Assembly: GCA_036703275.1 (NCBI GenBank)
Contig: DATNPK010000082.1
Location: 86,130-150,129 of the forward strand
DNA: 64,000 nucleotides
Direction of reading: 5' to 3'
Source of the DNA: Coleofasciculaceae cyanobacterium
GTDB lineage: Bacteria; Cyanobacteriota; Cyanobacteriia; Cyanobacteriales; Xenococcaceae
Below, piece after piece: positions 29,559 to 37,990 of this stretch. Under the pieces are notes generated by a model. The model was not told the origin of the DNA. It worked only from the letters and a program-made list of their open reading frames with translations, and searched no databases. Every line of letters starts with the position of its first letter. Positions within the stretch are counted from its first letter, which is position 1. The translations under genes were made by a program, and so were the position numbers.

Positions 29559-30887
29559 TTACTTAAAAGCTCTCTCTAAGAACTTTCGGTTAGCTTTTTT
29601 TACTCTTGAAATCCATCGCCGATGAGTAGACAAAATTGTTGAATAAGGAATTGTCGTTCCAGAGATTAACTCTAGCAAGGAAGGCGAAAAGTATTTGGGA
29701 AAGAGTCGATGCAATATTTGCGCTAACTGCTGCCTGATAATAAACTCGATTATCAGTTTTTTGTTAAATGACGGGAAAACATTGTCGCTTAGTTCTACTA
29801 CAGCATGAGCATCGGACTTTCGCCGCTCAGTAAATTTTGCGCTCGCCATAGCTAGATTATCTGAATATTCATTCAATAGTTCATCAACGATCGCGGCATC
29901 TTCCATAGCTGAATTACAACCCTGTCCAAGAGATGGAGACATCGCATGAGCAGCATCTCCAATGAGTAAAACGCTGTCCTCGTAATGATAGTGACTACAA
30001 ATAATGGTTAAAATACTGGAGACTGGTCGATTCAGAAACTCAATTGCTTCTGATTCCGATATAATTTGACCGATTTCTGGAAAATGTTGCCGAAAGAATT
30101 GTAAAACTTCTGCTGCCGTGGCAAGGGTAACTACAGAATTGCGATCGCGAGGAAAGGTAATTACACCGCTCATCGAGCCATCTAACTGATGCACCATCAA
30201 TACACCAGTACCGTTTTCTAACCTCCAAGCGTGAACATAGCCTGATTTCAATTCATCTGTAGCAGTTTTTGTGGAAGTTTCCACGGAATTAGGCAAGAAA
30301 ATGGATTTGTAGTCAGTGGGAATGTATTTTTGCTCCAACTCAAATAATTCTGTCGAAAGAAATTTTTCTCTAACTATTGATTTCGCTCCATCTGCGCCGA
30401 TTAATAAGTCATAATTAATCGTGATTTCTGCTGTCTGATTCTTTTGAAAGGTTGCTGTTTTGCTGGCAAAATCGAGCTTAGTACATTGATGGTTAAAATA
30501 GAGATTGAGACGACTTTGATCGTAGGTTTTAGTTGACTTTTGTAATAAAGCGATCGTTAATTGAGTGCGGTCAAGAATAAAAATGGGATTTCGCCTGGGA
30601 GTAAATCTTGTCTTACCATTAGTTTGATGAAAAACTGAACCAGTGCTTTCGACGCTCATTCCTGTGACTATTTCTACCAAACCTTCAATGTTACTCAAAG
30701 CATTGATTCCTCTTGGATTTAGCGAGATCAAAAAGGTTCTTGAGCTTGAAAAGACAATGGTTTGGGGGTCGCTACGACGTTCGTAAATATCGACTTTATA
30801 GCGATCGCCACGACGTAATAAATAGTGTGCTAAAAGTACTCCACTGGGCCCTGCACCGATAATTGCGACTGTCTCAACCATAATCAA
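29559..30887 (-). CDS. FAD-dependent aromatic-ring monooxygenase (kynurenine 3-monooxygenase/UbiH-like)
   Basis: 442-aa ORF. It has the dinucleotide fold IIGAGPSGVLLAHYLLRRG. It has the motifs GADGAKSIVR and LIGDAAHAMSPSLGQGCNSAMEDA. Its start lies 23 nt after the HlyD stop. Confidence 0.85.
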   Translation of the reverse strand: MIMVETVAIIGAGPSGVLLAHYLLRRGDRYKVDIYERRSDPQTIVFSSSRTFLISLNPRGINALSNIEGLVEIVTGMSVESTGSVFHQTNGKTRFTPRRNPIFILDRTQLTIALLQKSTKTYDQSRLNLYFNHQCTKLDFASKTATFQKNQTAEITINYDLLIGADGAKSIVREKFLSTELFELEQKYIPTDYKSIFLPNSVETSTKTATDELKSGYVHAWRLENGTGVLMVHQLDGSMSGVITFPRDRNSVVTLATAAEVLQFFRQHFPEIGQIISESEAIEFLNRPVSSILTIICSHYHYEDSVLLIGDAAHAMSPSLGQGCNSAMEDAAIVDELLNEYSDNLAMASAKFTERRKSDAHAVVELSDNVFPSFNKKLIIEFIIRQQLAQILHRLFPKYFSPSLLELISGTTIPYSTILSTHRRWISRVKKANRKFLERAFK

Positions 30888-30910
30888 TTTCCATCTGAAA
30901 AATAGTTTAA

Positions 30911-32293
30911 TTACAAGTTGGTGGTGAGTCTGGCTTTTCTAAGCAAAAATTTCATTACCGTTTCTTCTTTAGTAATAATGTCGGTTTGCCCTTCCATACC
31001 CAATTGAATGGCACACTGGTTATTTTCCTTGCCTACAGAACTATTATTTGGCTCAATTGCCACTTCATAAAAAGCTGCACCCGTTTGTTGACTAGGAGCA
31101 TTAGCGGTAGAGGATGTATTAGTATTATCTCGTTGAGGAAAAGCTGCATCGGGAGCAATAGCTGTAAGTGTTCCTTTAAGAGTGCCGTAATCGGAATAAG
31201 GACAAGCAGATACACGCATTTGAGCTACTTGACCTTTTTTAAGTTTACCTATTTCTTTAGCAGGAACTGAAGCTTTGATGGTTAGCTTAGTATCACCAGG
31301 AGCAATTTGAGCGATTTCTTCGCCAGGGCGTACAGTTTGACCAGGATTGCGGAGATTGAGCTTAGAGATAATGCCGTCTGTGGTTGCAGTGATTATAGTT
31401 TGCTGAAGATCGGTATTTACTTGCTGTAGTTCGCGGGCATCTTTGTCTAATTGCTGGTTAATTTCAATTTGTTGTTGAATCAAAGCTTCTTTTTCTTTAT
31501 TTAAAGTAGCAAGACTAGCTTTACCTGTAGCTTCAGCTTCGGTAATTCGAGACGTGGCGATCGCAATTTCCGCATTACTGGGATTTAAAGCAGTTTGTGC
31601 GCCTGCTAATTTAGCTTTGGCTGCTGCGGTTGCCTCCTGTTGCTGCTGTAAGGCTAATTGTACTTCCTCCAATTGATCGCGTGAAATTGCCCCTTCTTTG
31701 GCTGCACTGCGATAACGATTCAGTTTGGTTTGCGCTGCATTTAAAGCCGCTTTGGTTGCTTTTAAGTTTGATTCGGTTTCTTGAACTCCTGCTTTGGTAG
31801 TAATTTGTTTATCTCGATATTCCCGTTCGATGCGATGAAGTTCTGCGATCGCACTAGCGACATTTCCATCAATACGGTCAGTTTCGGCGCTTATTTGACT
31901 ATTAAGAGCATTAATTTGCGCATTAATTTGCACAAGCTGTAATTGTGACTGTTGAACTGTGTTTTGTAATTGACTTTTTTGGGTTTGCAAACGAGAGTCA
32001 CCGATCGTGGCCATGACATCTCCTTGTTTAACAACCTGATTGCTTTTAACGGCAATACTCATTACTCGTCCTTCTGTAGCAGCCTGAACTAGGCGTAATT
32101 CACCTTCAGGACGAATCAGGGCTTGTACTTTGACAGTTTCTTTATATTTAGTCACTGAAGCAATAGGAATCGCCAAGGCAACTACGGCAACGATAAACAG
32201 TCCGCCAAACATAGTCCAACGACTAATCGGGGGCAGAAATTCGTCTTCTTGAACTGTGGGGAGGAATTTGGGATTGGAGTTGTTAGTAAGCAT
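30911..32293 (-). CDS. HlyD-family secretion adaptor (membrane fusion protein)
   Basis: 460-aa ORF. It has an N-terminal TM helix (WTMFGGLFIVAVVALAIPIASV), a long Q/A-rich coiled coil, lipoyl/barrel-sandwich segments and a conserved tail (TDIITKEETVMKFLLRK). Confidence 0.85.
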   Translation of the reverse strand: MLTNNSNPKFLPTVQEDEFLPPISRWTMFGGLFIVAVVALAIPIASVTKYKETVKVQALIRPEGELRLVQAATEGRVMSIAVKSNQVVKQGDVMATIGDSRLQTQKSQLQNTVQQSQLQLVQINAQINALNSQISAETDRIDGNVASAIAELHRIEREYRDKQITTKAGVQETESNLKATKAALNAAQTKLNRYRSAAKEGAISRDQLEEVQLALQQQQEATAAAKAKLAGAQTALNPSNAEIAIATSRITEAEATGKASLATLNKEKEALIQQQIEINQQLDKDARELQQVNTDLQQTIITATTDGIISKLNLRNPGQTVRPGEEIAQIAPGDTKLTIKASVPAKEIGKLKKGQVAQMRVSACPYSDYGTLKGTLTAIAPDAAFPQRDNTNTSSTANAPSQQTGAAFYEVAIEPNNSSVGKENNQCAIQLGMEGQTDIITKEETVMKFLLRKARLTTNL

Positions 32294-32305
32294 GGCATAA
32301 ACAAA

Positions 32306-32367
32306 TAGGTAATGGGTAATAGGTAATAGAGAACAAATTATCTGTGTTTATCTGTGTTCATCTGTGG
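32306..32367. repeat. two short tandem arrays in the exporter-HlyD intergenic spacer
   Basis: (A/G)GGTAAT x3 lies at 32306-32326. A 10-mer (TATCTGTGTT, TATCTGTGTT, CATCTGTGGA) lies at 32338-32367. Confidence 0.6.
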
Positions 32368-32415
32368 ATAATTCTTTAAAATAATCAATTGCTCTCAAAA
32401 TGTGGCTGTAGCAAT

Positions 32416-34626
32416 TTAGCGGTGAGAGAGAGAATGTCCGTTAAGTTCGAATAATGGTCTTTTAGTAGGGATAAAATCATCGAGAAAATCTAAATGATCT
32501 CCAGCAATAGAGCGCAATTGCTCGGGAGTACCCTGAACTTTTAATTGTCCTTTTTCTAGCATCACAACCCAATCGGCACGGACAATTACTCTGGGACGAT
32601 GACTAATTAAAATAGTGGTTTTGCCCCGTCGATGAGCAAATAATTGTTCTAAAACTCTGGCTTCACTGACTGGATCTAATGCGCCAGTAGATTCATCTAA
32701 AATTAAGACTGGGGGATCGGTGACTATCGCTCTGGCGATCGCTAATCGTTGTTTTTGACCACCAGAAAGGTTTGCCCCAAATTCTCCTAATACGGTTTGA
32801 TATTTATCGGGTAGTTCGCTAATAAATTCATCAGCACCAGCGATTTGGCAGGCTTTAACAATTTGCTCGAAGGTGAGATCGGGATAACTGAAGCGAAAGT
32901 TATCAATAATTGAACGACTCCAAAAGTGGGCTTCTTGGGGTAAAAGTACTACCTGTTGGCGCAAACATTCTATAGAAAGATCTTGTTGATTATAAATTCC
33001 GTAGCGAACATTGCCAGATTGTACTGAATATAAACCAGCAATTAGTTTAGCGAGGGTACTTTTACCGCAACCAGATTGACCAATTAAAGCAACTACTTTA
33101 CCGTTAGGAATAGTTAAGGAAAAGTCCTGTAGTAAATCAACTCTTCCCGCATGATGAAAGTTTAAATTATTACAAATAATATCGGTATCGCCTGGAAGTT
33201 CTGCCCAAGGTTTTTTAAAGTCATTTTCATCTTCGGGAGTGGCTTCAATTACTTCTGTTAAACGTTGAATGACTACTTGTGCCGTAATAAATTCATCTGC
33301 TAGTCCAATGGCACTACCTAAAAAGCCGAGAAAATTACCGCTCATGCCGTTATATGCCAGTAATTGACCGATACTGAGATCGCCCTGAATTACCAGATAG
33401 CTGCCCAACCACAATAAACCGACGGAAGTGAAGCTAGACAAAACGCTGGTAATACTACCGCTGTAAAGACTCAGTTTCATCGTATTCCAGCCGAGATTAG
33501 CCAAGCGCCCATAATTACCTTGATATTCTTGCCAAGCTTGGGGTGTAGCCTGAGTGGTTTTGAGTACCTGTACTCCGCGAAACGTTTCGACCAGAAAGCC
33601 TTGATTTTCTGTACCCAAAATGATTTGATTGCGAGTTTTTTGCCGTAGGGCAGGTAGAAAAACTAAGTTGACCAGAGTAACAATAATAAAAGCAACAATC
33701 GAAGCGACGCTGAGTTGCCAACTGTAAAATAGCATTGCTGCCAAGGAAACCACGGCAATAAAAAATTGACTGGGCAAACCAAGCACAATTTGAGATACCA
33801 AACGATTAATCGCACCGACATCCGCAATGCGACTAACTACTTCTCCGCTGCGTCTGCCTTCAAAATAAGAAAGGGGTAAATGTAATAATTTGCGTCCGTA
33901 TTCTAAAATTAGTCCCAACTGCAACTTTTGCCCAAAATGACCAATTAGGTGAGACTGAATTAGCCCAACCACAGTTCTAAACACGTTCATCACGATAACT
34001 GCGATCGCAACTGTAGCCAATAATTGAGTATCTCCTCTGACTAAAACATCATCTGTCAGTAATTGCATCATGATCGGCGAAGCTAGAGACAGCAAACCTA
34101 CCGCAAAATTAATCGCGATCGCCTGGGCTAAAATCCAACGATAGGGTAATACTCTTTTGAGATAGCGTCCAAAGCCTCCTAAACTTCCCTTTTGGTCTTC
34201 TTCTTGTTCGTAAAAGCGACTGTCATCGGGAGTAAGTAACAACATTACTCCATTGCCCCACCCAACGGTTAACTCACGACGAGTCAGATAGCGAATACCA
34301 ACGCCAGGGTCAGCAACAATGTACTTTTTGCCTTTTTTACCGTATAAAACCACCCAATGGTAGCCTTTCCAGTGAATAATAGCTGGTAAAGGAATTTCAG
34401 ATATGCGATCGATAATCTCTGTAGTTGCTTTAACTTGACGCACATTAAAGCCGAAAGCCTCTGCACCTCGGTTCAAACCTAACAAGGTAGTGCCTCTAGC
34501 ACCCGTACCTACAGCTTCTCTGACTCGACTAATCGCAAAGGTGCGTCCGTAATGTTTGGCAACGGTAGCAACGCAAGCAGCCCCGCAGTCTTCTTCGCTG
34601 TGTTGCAATACGATTGGGTGTTTCAT
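32416..34626 (-). CDS. peptidase-containing ABC transporter (C39 cysteine peptidase + 6-TM + NBD)
   Basis: 736-aa ORF. The C39 domain has the catalytic Cys (QHSEEDCGAACVATVAKHYG) and His (IIHWKGYHWVVLYG). It has a TM domain, Walker A GQSGCGKST, signature LSGGQKQRLAIARA and Walker B ILDEST. Confidence 0.9.
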   Translation of the reverse strand: MKHPIVLQHSEEDCGAACVATVAKHYGRTFAISRVREAVGTGARGTTLLGLNRGAEAFGFNVRQVKATTEIIDRISEIPLPAIIHWKGYHWVVLYGKKGKKYIVADPGVGIRYLTRRELTVGWGNGVMLLLTPDDSRFYEQEEDQKGSLGGFGRYLKRVLPYRWILAQAIAINFAVGLLSLASPIMMQLLTDDVLVRGDTQLLATVAIAVIVMNVFRTVVGLIQSHLIGHFGQKLQLGLILEYGRKLLHLPLSYFEGRRSGEVVSRIADVGAINRLVSQIVLGLPSQFFIAVVSLAAMLFYSWQLSVASIVAFIIVTLVNLVFLPALRQKTRNQIILGTENQGFLVETFRGVQVLKTTQATPQAWQEYQGNYGRLANLGWNTMKLSLYSGSITSVLSSFTSVGLLWLGSYLVIQGDLSIGQLLAYNGMSGNFLGFLGSAIGLADEFITAQVVIQRLTEVIEATPEDENDFKKPWAELPGDTDIICNNLNFHHAGRVDLLQDFSLTIPNGKVVALIGQSGCGKSTLAKLIAGLYSVQSGNVRYGIYNQQDLSIECLRQQVVLLPQEAHFWSRSIIDNFRFSYPDLTFEQIVKACQIAGADEFISELPDKYQTVLGEFGANLSGGQKQRLAIARAIVTDPPVLILDESTGALDPVSEARVLEQLFAHRRGKTTILISHRPRVIVRADWVVMLEKGQLKVQGTPEQLRSIAGDHLDFLDDFIPTKRPLFELNGHSLSHR

Positions 34627-34751
34627 GTTTTTGCAGTAAGTAATTTAAGATCTGGTTTTTTGAACTATCTGTATAGTAGAAATCAAATCCCTAAAAAACG
34701 TCTGAAAAACGTCTCGAACTGCACCTAGACTTAATGGATAAATTCCTGCTG

Positions 34752-34793
34752 ACTTTAGTAGATGAACTAAGTTAATTTCTCTATGACTAAAGT
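34752..34793. promoter_or_regulatory. inverted repeat ACTTTAGT-N26-ACTAAAGT upstream of the exporter operon (candidate operator)
   Basis: ACTTTAGT is at 34752-34759 and ACTAAAGT at 34786-34793, 126-167 nt upstream of the exporter start. The same pair recurs at 36804-36844 and 38213-38252. Confidence 0.45.
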
Positions 34794-34873
34794 TAGAATT
34801 GAAAAAACCAAGGTGCGTCAATCTTCAATAACACACCCAATGCTATTTCCTTAAGTTCAGTCAAATAAACATT

Positions 34874-35059
34874 TTAATCTAGGATTTCTGCAAAATAATT
34901 TGCTTTGACATATGCAGAACCTTCAGTAAAGCCTCGACGATAATAAAGCAAAGCAGTAAACAGTAAATGTTTGATTGGGTCGAGATTTTTATGTATAGCG
35001 TTTTGCCATCCTAAACTGTAAAGCTCATAGCTCAAATAGCCAACGCGCTCAATCTGCAT
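34874..35059 (-). CDS. hypothetical small protein
   Basis: 61-aa ORF between the precursor stub and the exporter. I recognise no motif, so coding status is uncertain. Confidence 0.2.
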   Translation of the reverse strand: MQIERVGYLSYELYSLGWQNAIHKNLDPIKHLLFTALLYYRRGFTEGSAYVKANYFAEILD

Positions 35060-35188
35060 TCTATACCTCCATTTTTTCTTAAATGATCTTGAGTATTAAA
35101 TTGATTTATTAGGTTACGAGCGATCGCATTTAATAACGCGCGATCGCGCTTACTTCTACGCTTGTTTTGTTGAACTATGTTATGGATT

Positions 35189-35251
35189 TTAAAGAGGAAA
35201 TTTCCATTCCAAATTATAGAGAGAATTGGACTGATTGTTGATCTTAGTCAT
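35189..35251 (-). pseudogene. truncated stub of a GG-leader precursor gene
   Basis: It reads MTKINNQSNSLYNLEWKFPL*. The DNA closely matches the 5' end of the 37637-37990 gene through ...CAGTCCAATTCTCTCTATAA and then diverges. It keeps the family-specific upstream region. Confidence 0.55.
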
Positions 35252-35470
35252 TGTTTTTATCCTAATAATTTGGGTTTACTTTAGTTATCTACCAGGCAAG
35301 AGTTGATAAAACAATTAGTAGTTAGTTAATTAACTTTTGCTTTGGTTTTTAACTATCTTGATCATAAAAAATAGAACTACTAAAAACATCTGAAATAAGT
35401 CCCTAACCTTAATCAACTAAATATATATACGGCTATAGCACTTTAGTTATAGTTAAATCGCCACCAGATT
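35252..35470 (-). repeat. conserved precursor 5' region, copy A
   Basis: It shares blocks with 36617-36860 and 37991-38260. The shared blocks are AGTTATCTACCAnGCAA, AACTTTTGCTTTGGTTTTTAACTA (35332-35355), AACATCTGAAA, ATCAACTAAAT and ACTTTAGT. Confidence 0.6.
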
Positions 35471-35487
35471 AGCTGCAAACCATCCAC

Positions 35488-35515
35488 AAAAAAAAGACTC
35501 TTTGAGAGAAGAGCC
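35488..35515 (-). terminator. rho-independent terminator after the DUF3455-like gene
   Basis: The minus-strand RNA is GGCUCUU-CUCUCA-AAGAGUC followed by U8. It lies about 80 nt past the stop at 35597. Confidence 0.55.
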
Positions 35516-35596
35516 TTGCTGAAATATTCTAGTCACAGAATTAGAGTGTGGTTGCGGAATAAGTTGGCAAAATTCAGTGTATTAAATCTAATAATT

Positions 35597-36148
35597 TCAT
35601 TGAGTAGTGGGACGGTAGAAGTAATAATCGGCGGTGTAAGGCACGGCAATTTCCGTATTTTGACGATCGCGATCGCAACTTTCTTTAGGCATTACACCAC
35701 CAGTTGTATGCAAACGCTGAATCCATTTTACGCTTGCCAATCTGCCATTACCTTGAGCAGATTCTATTTGCAGCAAAAACCAAGGAATTGAGTCATTTGA
35801 GACAATCTCCTCAGCTTTTATACCTGCGGTGATTTTACTACCATCGTTTGCTTCCCAGGTTGGGCCAGCGTAATGCGTTCCCAAAACTTCGCCCTGAGAA
35901 TTAAATAGCTTGGCATCAGGAGCTTTTAAAGTCCACTCAAACTGCGATCCTGGGTTTGTATCCTGATTGCAAGTATAAATTTGCGCTCCTTGAGCCTCAG
36001 CTTTAAGTATGAGTTGTTGCCCAGTTGGCACTTGCAAATTTTTGGTTACTTGAGGATTGTCGTTAAGGTTACCACGAGCGACACTGCATAGCCCTAGGCT
36101 AATTACAGAGGCAATGACGCTAATATTTATCCATGAAAATTTCTGCAT
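35597..36148 (-). CDS. secreted DUF3455-like protein
   Basis: 183-aa ORF. It has a signal peptide (MQKFSWINISVIASVISLGLCSVARG). Its pattern, QIYTC ... W.L.AP.A.LF ... G.HYAGPTWEANDGS ... IPWFLL ... VKWIQRLHTTGG..P ... VPYTADYYFY, matches my recollection of DUF3455. Confidence 0.6.
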   Translation of the reverse strand: MQKFSWINISVIASVISLGLCSVARGNLNDNPQVTKNLQVPTGQQLILKAEAQGAQIYTCNQDTNPGSQFEWTLKAPDAKLFNSQGEVLGTHYAGPTWEANDGSKITAGIKAEEIVSNDSIPWFLLQIESAQGNGRLASVKWIQRLHTTGGVMPKESCDRDRQNTEIAVPYTADYYFYRPTTQ

Positions 36149-36262
36149 AAAAATTCTTGTGTTAATTGTTATTAAACAGTTCTGGGGAAAGATTTCGTAT
36201 GGGCGATCGCAGTTATTAGAGTTATTGCTAAAGTTTTAAGCTGATCTTTTTACAACTTTGGA

Positions 36263-36616
36263 CTATGGCAGGGCTTTAAAAGAGGATATTTCCTTGCCAA
36301 AATCACCAGTATTAACAGTTGTACCTGGCCCTACGTCAATGTATTTGCCCCCAAAATTTATATCCTCATAGAATCTCCATGTTTTATCATTAAAAATAGC
36401 AATAGATCCAGTAGCATCATTAAAACCAAATTCCCTTAAATCTTCTATTTTTTTATTACTGGCAAATCAAAATCCTTGTTTGTTTGATTCGGAGTATAAA
36501 GTCACATCTGTAACTGTTACTGCTCCACCAGAAATAGCAGCAGCAGATTCAGGAGAAATATCTTAAACACATTCAACGTTATGGAAATATTTTGATTGAT
36601 TATTGTTTTTAGACAT
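36263..36616 (-). pseudogene. GG-leader beta/gamma-crystallin-like precursor with two in-frame stops
   Basis: The 118-codon frame reads MSKNNNQSKYFHNVECV*DISPESAAAISGGAVTVTDVTLYSESNKQGF*FASNKKIEDLREFGFNDATGSIAIFNDKTWRFYEDINFGGKYIDVGPGTTVNTGDFGKEISSFKALP*. The stops are TAA at 36563-36565 and TGA at 36467-36469. Confidence 0.7.
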
Positions 36617-36860
36617 AAGTTTTTTCCTAATGATTTCAGTTGATTTTCTTGGTTTACCAAATAAAAGTCTTTGAAATAATTAGTAGTTAGGTAATCAACT
36701 TTTACTTTGGTCTTTAGCCATGTTTATATTAAAATTTTGAGTCAAATAAAGCATCTAACAAAGGTCTTTAATCTCTATCAACTAAATGAATATACGCTCT
36801 AATACTTTAGTTGTTTAGCCAAGTAGATTTTCTATCACTAAAGTCATAGTCATAATATGA
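36617..36860 (-). repeat. conserved precursor 5' region, copy B
   Basis: It contains AACTTTTACTTTGGTCTTTAGCCA (36697-36720), ATCAACTAAATGAATATAC and the ACTTTAGT/ACTAAAGT pair. Confidence 0.55.
36804..36844. promoter_or_regulatory. inverted repeat ACTTTAGT-N25-ACTAAAGT (candidate operator)
   Basis: ACTTTAGT is at 36804-36811 and ACTAAAGT at 36837-36844. The right half-site context TTCTAT(C/G)ACTAAAGT is shared with the 34752-34793 copy. Confidence 0.4.
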
Positions 36861-36876
36861 AATTAACAGTAATAAG

Positions 36877-36905
36877 AAAAAAAAGACCCTTAAACGAAAG
36901 AGTCT
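36877..36905 (-). terminator. rho-independent terminator after the second precursor gene
   Basis: The minus-strand RNA is AGACUCUU-UCGUUU-AAGGGUCU (8-bp stem with one G-U) followed by U8. It lies about 83 nt past the stop at 36988. Confidence 0.55.
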
Positions 36906-36987
36906 TGCTTGAATATTGTGTTGTGTAGATAAAATTATGGATGGCGCGATCGTCATCGGTATTTATTAAGGTTGTATGGTTTCCATA

Positions 36988-37422
36988 TCATAGACGGATC
37001 AACTTAACGGAAGTAATCCTATCATCATTAGCCCCAAGATTATAACTTCCTGGTGCTAAAAAACCTGTATCACCACCTCCGTCATCAGTAAAGAACTGCC
37101 ATGTGCCCCTGTTAACTATGATTGATGAGACGGTATCGTTAAAAGTAGTTTCCCCACCATCAGGAAGCACACCAATGTTAACAAACTCTCCAGCAGCCCC
37201 GTTAGCTGTTAGCACGTCACCTGATAGACCCAATGCCTGTCCTTGCCCGTTAGGGTCTTTGTGGAAAACTATATCTGCACCTATAGCACTGGAATCAAAA
37301 GTTGGCCCTGCAGCACCAATTGAAACTGCACCACCAGAATAAGAAGCAGCAGTTTCAGAGGAAATATCTTGAACAAATTCGATGTTATGGAGGGAATTGG
37401 ATTGAGTGTTAATTTTAGACAT
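36988..37422 (-). CDS. GG-leader precursor 2: 31-aa double-glycine leader + 113-aa Gly/Asp-rich beta/gamma-crystallin-like core
   Basis: The leader is MSKINTQSNSLHNIEFVQDISSETAASYSGG followed by AVSIG.... The core carries Greek-key-like signatures (FNDTVSSIIV; GTWQFFTDDGGGDTGFLAPGSYNL...DRITSVKLI). Confidence 0.7.
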   Translation of the reverse strand: MSKINTQSNSLHNIEFVQDISSETAASYSGGAVSIGAAGPTFDSSAIGADIVFHKDPNGQGQALGLSGDVLTANGAAGEFVNIGVLPDGGETTFNDTVSSIIVNRGTWQFFTDDGGGDTGFLAPGSYNLGANDDRITSVKLIRL

Positions 37423-37636
37423 TCTTTTTCTCCTAAGTGTTTGAGTTGATTTGAGTTATCTACTGAGCAATAGTTATTGAGATAATTAGTAATCAGCTCA
37501 AGACTATTTGCTCTAAACAATACAGAACAGTTAAATATGTAGAAGCGTATTCTATACGTCCTAATAAAATTGAGTGGTTTCACATGAGGTGCGATCGCTT
37601 TCGGAGATGGTGTAGCAAATCGCGTTATTTTTTAGA

Positions 37637-37990
37637 CTAATCTATAGCCTGGAAAGAAGAGATTGATAATCCAAACTCGCCAACATCCATAGCCGTATTT
37701 GGTCCTACATCTATATAATTTCCCTGAAAATTGGCATCTTCGTAGAATCTCCAAGTCTTACCATTATTAATCGAAACAAATTGAGTAGCGTCGTCAAAAC
37801 CATATTCGCTTAAATCTTCTATTGCTTTATTGCTATTAAAGCTAAATCCTTGATTGCATGGTTCAGAAGTTAAACTCACATCTGTAACTGTAACTGCACC
37901 ACCAGAATAAGAAGCAGCAGTTTCAGAGGAAATATCTCGAACAAATTCGATGTTATAGAGAGAATTGGACTGATTGTTAATCTTAGACAT
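37637..37990 (-). CDS. GG-leader precursor 1: 31-aa double-glycine leader + 86-aa single beta/gamma-crystallin-like domain
   Basis: The leader is MSKINNQSNSLYNIEFVRDISSETAASYSGG followed by AVTVTD.... The core contains KTWRFYEDANFQGNYIDVGPNTAMDVGEFGLSISSFQAI. This fits the (Y/F/W)xxxx(Y/F)xG ... S Greek-key signature. Confidence 0.75.
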   Translation of the reverse strand: MSKINNQSNSLYNIEFVRDISSETAASYSGGAVTVTDVSLTSEPCNQGFSFNSNKAIEDLSEYGFDDATQFVSINNGKTWRFYEDANFQGNYIDVGPNTAMDVGEFGLSISSFQAID

